Assembly (NCBI GenBank): GCA_003551905.1
Contig: PUNT01000198.1
Location: 1-48,905 of the forward strand
Length of the DNA: 48,905 nucleotides
Reading direction: 5' to 3'
From: Halanaerobiales bacterium
GTDB lineage: Bacteria > Bacillota > Halanaerobiia > B1SED10-174
The position numbers and the translations under genes were made by a program. Below the pieces are notes generated by a model. That model did no database searches. It was not told the DNA's origin and saw nothing but the letters and a program-made list of their open reading frames with translations. How positions within the stretch are numbered: the first letter of the stretch is position 1; every line of letters starts with the position of its first letter. Of the stretch, positions 39,010-45,787 are shown one piece after another.

Positions 39010-39034
39010 ATTCGATAAAACTACCTGTCTTCCT
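39010..39034 (-). promoter_or_regulatory. SigH-like promoter (AGG-N18-GAAT) for the UPF0182 operon
   Basis: AAAGGAAGACAGGTAGTTTTATCGAAT; a second variant AGG-N18-AAAT lies at 38934-38958. Confidence 0.62.
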
Positions 39035-39078
39035 TTTTTATTTTAGGAATACCTGAAACATTCGAAGTAGTTGAAAAT

Positions 39079-39099
39079 AAAAAAAGGCCCCAAGGCCTT
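39079..39099 (-). terminator. Intrinsic terminator overlapping the stop of the RadC-like gene
   Basis: Minus strand AAGGCC-TTGG-GGCCTT followed by a T-run. Confidence 0.7.
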
Positions 39100-39835
39100 A
39101 TAGTAAGTTTAACTCATCGAAGCTAAAATAACCACCTTTATGAATAACCACATGATCCAGCACTTCTACTCCCAGTATTTCGCCAGCTTTCACCAAGCGT
39201 TTGGTCCGGAGAATATCTTTTTTATTGGGATGACTCTGATAGCCATTGAAGTTTTGGGCTAGAATCAATGCAGTTTCACCTTTCATTACAATAGGCATCC
39301 TGAAAACAACCTGTGGTTCAAAAGAGATAGGCTGTTTTGTGCCATCTCCGTATATTTCCCAGGTAAGGAGATGATTTTCTTCATCAACAAGTAGTACCAT
39401 CAGACGTCGGGAATCAAAGCTATTGTATTTCAAAAACAGGTTGCAAACATCCTGTGGTTGCTTTAGAATCTGCCCTTGATCCTCTACCAGCACTTTTCTT
39501 TCCATAGAACAGAGGGTGAGGAACTCTTTAACAGAAACAATTTTTTTCAACTGATCGTGAAAATCAATAATGTCATTAGTACTGATATTAGGCTCCCGCT
39601 GAACCAGCATAATCTCTTCTGGAGTTAGTTCTGGATGGGAAGAGTAATCTGTGGACTGTTTTTTTTGAAAGGGGTTCTGGCTTAATAACTGGTACTCCTT
39701 CCTATGACAGGAGGAGCATTCAAAAGTTACAAACGTTGTTCCAGCATATTTGCCAATATTTTGGTCAAAAGTTCCTACCCCGAGAATATCTTTTTCCCGT
39801 ATCTGTGCGCCACACTGCGAGCAAAAAATTTTCAA
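39098..39835 (-). CDS. Zn-ribbon + degenerate RadC-like JAB-domain protein
   Basis: N-terminal CSQC...CSSC. The C-terminus LILAQNFNG...PNKKDILRTKRLVKAGEILGVEVLDHVVI...YFSF resembles RadC but lacks HNHPSG. GGGGGAGG RBS with TTG start. Confidence 0.75.
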   Translation of the reverse strand: MKIFCSQCGAQIREKDILGVGTFDQNIGKYAGTTFVTFECSSCHRKEYQLLSQNPFQKKQSTDYSSHPELTPEEIMLVQREPNISTNDIIDFHDQLKKIVSVKEFLTLCSMERKVLVEDQGQILKQPQDVCNLFLKYNSFDSRRLMVLLVDEENHLLTWEIYGDGTKQPISFEPQVVFRMPIVMKGETALILAQNFNGYQSHPNKKDILRTKRLVKAGEILGVEVLDHVVIHKGGYFSFDELNLL

Positions 39836-39889
39836 CTGCAGCCTCCCCCTTTCTTCAAATGATAATACTCCATTCAGTGTATTATTCTA

Positions 39890-39914
39890 ATTCGATGTAA
39901 AATGCTCAAAACCT
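39890..39914 (-). promoter_or_regulatory. SigH-like promoter (AGG-N18-GAAT)
   Basis: AGAGGTTTTGAGCATTTTACATCGAAT upstream of the RadC-like gene. Confidence 0.62.
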
Positions 39915-39939
39915 CTTTTATTAACATTAGGAATTTTTG

Positions 39940-41223
39940 TTAACCCTTTATCAATCGTTTTGCCCTGATATGCACTTCCTGTTTTACCTCTTCTACATCA
40001 ATAGTTCTGAACACCCCTTTTTCATACAAGATCTTTCCATTAACTATTGTAAATGACACATCACTCCCTTTTCCACTGTAGACCATATGAGCAATGGGGT
40101 CAAAAGTGGGAGTAAAGTGGGGTTTATCCATATCTACAAGTATTAGATCAGCTTTCATCCCTTTTTTCAGCATCCCAACATCTTTTAAGCCAAGTATATC
40201 CGCTCCTGTACTCGTAGCCATTGCCAGCACTTCATTTGCCGGCAAAACCTCAGCTCTATTTACAGCTAGTTTCTGTAAAAGGGCTCCAGCCTTCATCTCA
40301 AAAAACATATCCAGGGAGTTATTGCTGCCTGGCCCATCAGTGCCAAACCCTACCTTCACTCCCAATCTGCTCAGCTCAGCCACAGGGGCAGTGCCACTGG
40401 CCAGTTTCATATTGCTCTGGGGATTGTAGGCAACTCCAACACCTTTCTCTTTCAGAATATGCATATCCTCAGAAGACAGGTGAACACAGTGAGCAGCAAG
40501 TGTGGGATGGTTAAAAACACCCAGATCATTTGCCCATTCTATTGGTGTCTTGCCATAATTTTTCTCAATCTCTTCTATTTCATTTCGGGTTTCAGCAAGA
40601 TGTATGTGCAGTGGCAATTGATGTTTTTCTGCTTTATCAAGAACCTTTTTCATAAATGGCGGTGGACAAGTATAAGGAGCATGAGGTGCCAGCATGGTAC
40701 TGATGCGTCCATCAGCTTCACCTCGCCAGTTAACAGCAAAATCAACTGACTGGGCTAATTTCTCATTAACACCGCTCCCCAGGCCAATCATACCAGTTGA
40801 GAGAACTGCCCTGATCCCGCTCTCTTTTACTGCTTCTGCAGCTCTGTGCATCATGAAATACATATCAGCAAAAGTAGTTGTTCCGCTGGCCAGCATCTCA
40901 CTGATTCCCAGCATAGTTCCCCAGTAAATATCATCCGCTGTAAGCCTGGCCTCCAGAGGCCAGATGTAATCATTAAGCCAGATCATCAGAGGTCTATCAT
41001 CTGCATAACCTCTGGTAAATGTCATCCCAGCATGTGTGTGACAGTTAATAAGTCCCGGCAAGGCCAAAAGCCTATTACCATCAATTATCTCATCAGGCTT
41101 CCATAAATCAGGTAAACTGCCACTACCACAATGAATAATGGTTCCATCTTCAATGGCAATCAACCCGTTACCAATAAATTCTTTTCCATTAAAAATATCG
41201 GCATCTTTTACAAGTATTTTCAC
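39940..41223 (-). CDS. mtaD: 5-methylthioadenosine/S-adenosylhomocysteine deaminase
   Basis: PGLINCHTH, ADMYF, PHAPYT, HIHLAET, AAHCVH, SNMKLASG and GTDGPGSNN. Start corrected to GTG 41223 after AGGAGG. Confidence 0.88.
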   Translation of the reverse strand: MKILVKDADIFNGKEFIGNGLIAIEDGTIIHCGSGSLPDLWKPDEIIDGNRLLALPGLINCHTHAGMTFTRGYADDRPLMIWLNDYIWPLEARLTADDIYWGTMLGISEMLASGTTTFADMYFMMHRAAEAVKESGIRAVLSTGMIGLGSGVNEKLAQSVDFAVNWRGEADGRISTMLAPHAPYTCPPPFMKKVLDKAEKHQLPLHIHLAETRNEIEEIEKNYGKTPIEWANDLGVFNHPTLAAHCVHLSSEDMHILKEKGVGVAYNPQSNMKLASGTAPVAELSRLGVKVGFGTDGPGSNNSLDMFFEMKAGALLQKLAVNRAEVLPANEVLAMATSTGADILGLKDVGMLKKGMKADLILVDMDKPHFTPTFDPIAHMVYSGKGSDVSFTIVNGKILYEKGVFRTIDVEEVKQEVHIRAKRLIKG

Positions 41224-41330
41224 CTTATCCCTCCTGTTAGCCTTCCTTCTATAATAATTTATTTCTGTAATAATCTTTTTACTCCTCTTAAGACCGGCTT
41301 TCTTTGCAAATAATATTCTGAATCTTTTTG

Positions 41331-41360
41331 TTGACTTCATGGAGCTAAATGTGCTATAAT
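41331..41360 (+). promoter_or_regulatory. Sigma-A promoter (TTGACT-N18-TATAAT with extended -10 TG)
   Basis: TTGACT at 41331-41336 and TGcTATAAT at 41352-41360; predicted TSS about 41367, just before the riboswitch. Confidence 0.8.
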
Positions 41361-41373
41361 TTAAAAAAACAAA

Positions 41374-41468
41374 TCTCTGATAAAGGCAAACCTGTTGAAA
41401 AACAGGGACGCAAAGCTACGGGCCTACGGTCAGAAATTCTGGCTAGGGTGGTCGAGCTGCCGGGGAGA
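41374..41468 (+). promoter_or_regulatory. c-di-GMP-I (GEMM-I) riboswitch aptamer
   Basis: AAAGGCAAACCTGTT-GAAA-AACAGGGACGCAAAGCTACGGGCCTA...GAGCTGCCG: P2 with GAAA tetraloop, GGGACGCAAAGC junction and closing GCCG. TCTCTG (41374-79) can pair with CGGGGA (41461-66). G at the position equivalent to Vc2 G20. Confidence 0.92.
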
Positions 41469-41477
41469 AATAGACTT

Positions 41478-41519
41478 TAAGCCTATTTCTCACGGTGTGG
41501 GATATAGGCTTATTTATTT
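41478..41519 (+). terminator. Riboswitch expression-platform terminator
   Basis: TAAGCCTAT-t-TCTCAC-GGT-GTGGGA-t-ATAGGCTTA followed by TTTATTT. Competes with the antiterminator GAGAAATAG (41465-73)/CTATTTCTC (41483-91). Confidence 0.8.
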
Positions 41520-41597
41520 GCAAGGTTTTAGTAAAAGCAAAATTCCTTCTTATCAATCCTCCTTACTACTCAAGCCCCTTCGTGGGGGCTTTTTTTT
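41520..41597 (+). ncRNA. Candidate riboswitch-controlled small RNA domain
   Basis: No RBS-supported ORF; tracts AATTCCTTCTTA and AATCCTCCTTAC followed by an intrinsic terminator. Confidence 0.5.
41572..41597 (+). terminator. Intrinsic terminator, plus-strand polarity
   Basis: AAGCCCCTT-CGT-GGGGGCTT then a T-run; the U-tract exists only on the + strand. Confidence 0.85.
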
Positions 41598-43152
41598 ATC
41601 CAATTATTGATTTTACATCAGCAAAACTACTTTTACCCTTTAGAAAAGTGATTATCTTTTTCTTTTCCAGATCAGAAAAATATTGCTCATTAAAGATGTA
41701 TTCAGAACATCTCTTTTTTAAAGTGGACGCATTGCCTTTCACATCACCTCGTCTAATACTGGCTAAGAGCTGCAAATACTTTGAAAGTATTAGATCTGGA
41801 CTCCAGTCTTTATTGCCTAAAGCTATCCCCGGTAGAAATTCACAGAATTGTCTTTCCCTGTTTATTATTTTTCTTATCCTCTTTGGGTTGCCTATAATAT
41901 CTGCCAAAAGGACACCAGGTTCTTTCTCCACCCCTTCTTTTGCATTATATGCAGAGAAAAGGAATACATAGGGATGATAAAATAAATTTCTTAATTTTAA
42001 ATTTTTTATATAATAAAAAAGATCTTCATATGAAAGGAAATTCTTTTTTTCCATAAGCAAACGATAGCAGATTTCCCCTAAAATTGACGGTAATTTTTCC
42101 TCTATTCGGGCCAATAATACTGAACGGTTCAATTCTTTTCTTAAATCAAAGTATATTGATTTATTACCAGCAAAATTCTCCATAAGCAGCTCTTGCAGTG
42201 AACGCTTTGGCAGTCTATGAGGGAAATTATATATTAAATGTTTCCGTATCTCCCTGTAGGAGGTTACTTTTTTGTCCTGCAGAAACAGACCTATTTCTCT
42301 AATTATTGAATTTTCAATATCTAAATTATTCATCTCTTCCAATCTCTTCAATGAACCATAAACTCTGCTTGTACCTCCTCTGGAAAAGACACAAAAAATA
42401 TAATTTCCCCAGATTTCATATATTTCCCGACTTTCACTAAAACGCCAACCCTGCCTGGCTCCCTCTTGAAACAAGGTTCCCAGGAATATATCAGCATCCT
42501 GAACTAAAAAAACCAATTTGCCACCTATTATTAAATATTTGCTGTATAAACTGAATATTTTTGTTGCAAACTTTTCTAATTTTATTCTGGCACCATAATT
42601 ATCTGCAGGACATAGATCAGTCAGCAAAACCATTATCATATTTGCTTTTTTCTTTGCACTATCCTCCAGATTACTTCCATATACAGGAGTCTCCCCCTTA
42701 ATGAGAAATTCCTTATGCAGTTTTTCTGCTTTTTCATCTATACTCACTTCCCTTGTCAGTTCATCGTGATGGAGAGCTTCCAGTTGAGAAGAATTTTTCT
42801 TTCTCCTGTTCAGAGAAGGGGCCCCCTCCAGTACCCCCTGCCCTGTAAGCAACTGAAAAGCTCTCCAACTTTGAGATTCTTCCTTTTGATCTATGTCTTC
42901 ATTATAAACATCTAAAAGTCGTCTATAAAAACGCGGACGAGGTTCAAAATAGTTTAATTTAATATATTTAATTTGTTCATCCCAAAAAAGTGGCAACAAA
43001 CTGCAATTCTGTATATAAACCAGGTCTCCAGAAGTTGCCTTTTCTTTTATATAATCAGATATTTCTCCCAAAAGGAAAATCTCTTCATTGGCAAGTTCTT
43101 CAGGCAAAAAACTTAATTTTCTAGACCATTTTTTAGCAAAAGGCAACTCCAT
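41596..43152 (-). CDS. Hypothetical 518-aa protein, possibly a degenerate SAM-methyltransferase-like fold
   Basis: Long ORF with GAGGAGG RBS and its own promoter. The central segment weakly resembles a class I MTase core. Confidence 0.7.
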   Translation of the reverse strand: MELPFAKKWSRKLSFLPEELANEEIFLLGEISDYIKEKATSGDLVYIQNCSLLPLFWDEQIKYIKLNYFEPRPRFYRRLLDVYNEDIDQKEESQSWRAFQLLTGQGVLEGAPSLNRRKKNSSQLEALHHDELTREVSIDEKAEKLHKEFLIKGETPVYGSNLEDSAKKKANMIMVLLTDLCPADNYGARIKLEKFATKIFSLYSKYLIIGGKLVFLVQDADIFLGTLFQEGARQGWRFSESREIYEIWGNYIFCVFSRGGTSRVYGSLKRLEEMNNLDIENSIIREIGLFLQDKKVTSYREIRKHLIYNFPHRLPKRSLQELLMENFAGNKSIYFDLRKELNRSVLLARIEEKLPSILGEICYRLLMEKKNFLSYEDLFYYIKNLKLRNLFYHPYVFLFSAYNAKEGVEKEPGVLLADIIGNPKRIRKIINRERQFCEFLPGIALGNKDWSPDLILSKYLQLLASIRRGDVKGNASTLKKRCSEYIFNEQYFSDLEKKKIITFLKGKSSFADVKSIIG

Positions 43153-43178
43153 AATTCCCGCCTCCTCTCCATTAGTTT

Positions 43179-43203
43179 ATTCGTCAACTGCCATAAATTT
43201 CCT
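43179..43203 (-). promoter_or_regulatory. SigH-like promoter (AGG-N18-GAAT)
   Basis: AAAGGAAATTTATGGCAGTTGACGAAT upstream of the 518-aa gene. Confidence 0.65.
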
Positions 43204-43248
43204 TTTGCTATATATGTCTAGTTTTGTCAGCAGACCCTGAAAAAAAAA

Positions 43249-43282
43249 TAAAAACCTGCAGCTCCATAACTGCAGGTTTTTA
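43249..43282 (-). terminator. Intrinsic terminator after degV
   Basis: TAAAAACCTGCAG-N8-CTGCAGGTTTTTA with a long T-run on the minus strand. Confidence 0.82.
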
Positions 43283-43293
43283 GCTCTACCTTC

Positions 43294-44127
43294 TTAATCC
43301 TTAGATATCCAAACGATCCCCAGCATACCAGGCCCCCCATGTACTGCCAGGCCGGGCCCCAAATCAGCAATAAATAGTTCATCATAATTGAAATGTTTTT
43401 GCACATATTCCATATACTCAGTTGCTTTTTCCTTGGTATTGGTATGCATTACAGCAATATTCACCTTTGCAGTTCCAACTCTCTCTTTTACTGTTTCGAT
43501 TATTTTTTTTAAAGCCTGTTCAAAAGATCTTGTCTTCTCAAAAAACTTCACTTCCCCGGCATTTATTATGAGAATTGGCTTAACAGATAGAATATTCCCC
43601 ATCAAGGCTTTAGCATGGCTAATTCTACCACTCTTGGCTAAAAACTTCAAAGTTGGAATGGCAACAAGACCCCCTACCTTGGTTTTTAGCTGTTCAACAA
43701 GCTTGATAATATCTTCTTTTAGCTGGCCACTTGCCGCAGCCCTGGCAGCAGCAAGAACCAGAAAACCAGTGGCCATAGAAATATTTTCCGAATCTATGAC
43801 AACAATGTCCTCTTCTGGAAGCATTTCCCGGGCTAGAACTGCTGATTGATAGGTGCCACTAACTTTTCCACTGATATGAATAGAAATAATTGTTCTATAT
43901 TTCTGACTCAGCTCTTTATATACTTGATAAAAATCTCCAGGAGGTGGTGCGGATGTTGTTGGAACTGTATTATTTTCCAGAAGTTCATAAAACCGATCCA
44001 GTGTATCAGTGGGTATCCTTTCTTCCCCGCGGTGAACAGGTATATCCACTACAGCAATATCCAGTTTATCTATTAGATACTGTGGGATACTGGAAGCACT
44101 GTCTGTGACTATTTTTATATTCCCCAT
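43294..44127 (-). CDS. DegV/FakB fatty-acid-binding protein
   Basis: KIVTDSA, PTTSAP, HISGKVSGTYQSA, LAKSGRI, LSVKPIL and AVHGGPG; ATG 44127 after AAGGAGG. Confidence 0.93.
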   Translation of the reverse strand: MGNIKIVTDSASSIPQYLIDKLDIAVVDIPVHRGEERIPTDTLDRFYELLENNTVPTTSAPPPGDFYQVYKELSQKYRTIISIHISGKVSGTYQSAVLAREMLPEEDIVVIDSENISMATGFLVLAAARAAASGQLKEDIIKLVEQLKTKVGGLVAIPTLKFLAKSGRISHAKALMGNILSVKPILIINAGEVKFFEKTRSFEQALKKIIETVKERVGTAKVNIAVMHTNTKEKATEYMEYVQKHFNYDELFIADLGPGLAVHGGPGMLGIVWISKD

Positions 44128-44149
44128 TATTACACCTCCTTCATTTATT

Positions 44150-44674
44150 TTATGATGTCTTAAAAAGAACACTCAATGTGGTTCGCATATAGTCAGCAGC
44201 TGAAAGAACTGCCATTCCAGCACCCAAACCAACTAACAGGGCTCCGAGAGGTTGCAGATTAAAGATATTAACTGCTGCAGTAATGTACAGAATGGCAGCT
44301 GTTGCTTTTCCTAAACTGCTGGGATGTATTATATCCATCCCTTTCAGGTAAAAAGTAGCTGATAAGCCAAAGACAATCAATTCTCTCAACAAAATGACCG
44401 TCCCACCCCATATGTTAATGTTATTGCTTAATGTCAGGAAAAAATATATTGCTATGAGAGTTACCTTGTCAGCAAGGGGATCAATAATGCGGCCAAACTG
44501 AGTAACAATTCCCAGGCGACGGGCCAAATAGCCATCCAGGACATCAGATACTGAAGATAAAACAAATAATCCGCCAGCCAGTAGCCGGTAAAGTGTTGTA
44601 TCCAATACTAGAAGATAGATGATGATTGGAATCAATATGAATCTTGATATAGTCAACAGGTTGGCAATATTCAA
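44150..44674 (-). CDS. CDP-alcohol phosphatidyltransferase (PgsA-like)
   Basis: NLLTISRF and the signature SDVLDGYLARRLGIVTQFGRIIDPLADK. Confidence 0.88.
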   Translation of the reverse strand: MNIANLLTISRFILIPIIIYLLVLDTTLYRLLAGGLFVLSSVSDVLDGYLARRLGIVTQFGRIIDPLADKVTLIAIYFFLTLSNNINIWGGTVILLRELIVFGLSATFYLKGMDIIHPSSLGKATAAILYITAAVNIFNLQPLGALLVGLGAGMAVLSAADYMRTTLSVLFKTS

Positions 44675-44698
44675 AATAGCTCCCCTTTTCCTGTGTTC

Positions 44699-45781
44699 TC
44701 AATAAGCAGTTAGTTTTGCCACATTTTCACTATCCAATCTTAATACAACCTCTTTTAACAAACGCAAAGTGTTAAAATAATCTGCTTTGCTTATTATACT
44801 ATAATGACTGTGTATATAGCGAGTAGGAACAGAAAGAACCAAACAGGGGACACCTTCCTGTACAAATTGGATTGCCCCAGCATCTGTTCCCCCTCTTTCC
44901 ATGACATCAAACTGATAGGGAATATCACTTTCTTGTGCAATATCAATAACCAGATCCCGAAGCTGAACATTAGGCACCAGTGAACCATCATAGAGCAGTA
45001 TAACCGGTCCAGCGCCTAATTTCCCCTGGGCTTGATCTTCTTTGCTGCCTGGTACATCACCGGCAATTCCAACTTCTAGAGCAATACCTACGTCTGGTTT
45101 GATCTTTTGTGAGCTGGTCCTCGCTCCCCGCAATCCTACTTCCTCCTGAACAGAACCCACCCCAAAGATAGTATTGGGATGGTCTGCCCCAACTAGATCC
45201 TGCAACAGATGAACAAACAAGGCACAGCCAACCCGATCATCCCAGGCTTTGCTCATAAGTGAATCTCCATTGGCCATGACTATAAATTCAGCATTAGGAA
45301 TAATGGGATCACCCTGACGCACTTTCAATTTTTCCGCTTCTTCCTTGTCCTTTACACCAATATCTATGAACATATCCTTCGTCTTGACTGGCTTCTTTCT
45401 TTCTTCTTCATCCAGAATGTGGGGAGGTGTAGAACCAATAATCCCATGAACAGGACCATCCTTTGTCAGCACCTGTACTCTCTGGGCCAGAAGAACCTGG
45501 GGCCACCAACCACCAAGAGTTGTAAATGTTAGAAAACCTTTATCGGTAATCCTCTTCACCAGAAAACCAATTTCATCCATATGTCCTGAAAGCATTATCC
45601 TGGGACTTCCAGCACTACCTTCCTTTTTACAGATAATGCTGCCCAGTTTATCGGTAGAGAGTTCGCAAAAATCCTTCAACTCACTTCTGATTATCTCCCT
45701 TACCTGCCCTTCAAATCCTGGTATGCCAGGTGCTTCTGTAATGCTTTTCAAAAACTGCAATCTTTTTTCCAATGCGACCAC
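44699..45781 (-). CDS. M42 family metallo-aminopeptidase (YsdC-like)
   Basis: GHMDEIG, LGGWW, AWDDRVG, QEEVG, GGTDA and RYIHSH. Confidence 0.92.
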   Translation of the reverse strand: MVALEKRLQFLKSITEAPGIPGFEGQVREIIRSELKDFCELSTDKLGSIICKKEGSAGSPRIMLSGHMDEIGFLVKRITDKGFLTFTTLGGWWPQVLLAQRVQVLTKDGPVHGIIGSTPPHILDEEERKKPVKTKDMFIDIGVKDKEEAEKLKVRQGDPIIPNAEFIVMANGDSLMSKAWDDRVGCALFVHLLQDLVGADHPNTIFGVGSVQEEVGLRGARTSSQKIKPDVGIALEVGIAGDVPGSKEDQAQGKLGAGPVILLYDGSLVPNVQLRDLVIDIAQESDIPYQFDVMERGGTDAGAIQFVQEGVPCLVLSVPTRYIHSHYSIISKADYFNTLRLLKEVVLRLDSENVAKLTAY

Positions 45782-45787
45782 CCTTCA

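Noticed and set aside
41224-41340. 39-aa basic N-terminal extension of MtaD in the ORF track
   Set aside because: A strong AGGAGG precedes GTG 41223, where the family begins; the extension covers promoter DNA. The extensions on nth, degV, SOR and gcvT were trimmed for the same reason.
41443-41564. Minus-strand AAGGAGG followed by a ~37-codon TTG ORF (possible type I toxin/small peptide)
   Set aside because: The TTG is only 1 nt from the SD and the peptide lacks a hydrophobic helix. Unlikely, though not excluded without Ribo-seq.
41395-41971. ORF-track entries 41395..41610 (+) and 41495..41971 (+) as the riboswitch-controlled gene
   Set aside because: They start inside the aptamer or terminator stem, have no SD, run through the second terminator, and the longer one is antisense to the 518-aa gene.
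39098-43152. RadC-like + deaminase + MTase-like genes as a defence island or mobile element
   Set aside because: No integrase, att repeats or nuclease; each gene has a host-type promoter, and mtaD is a housekeeping enzyme.
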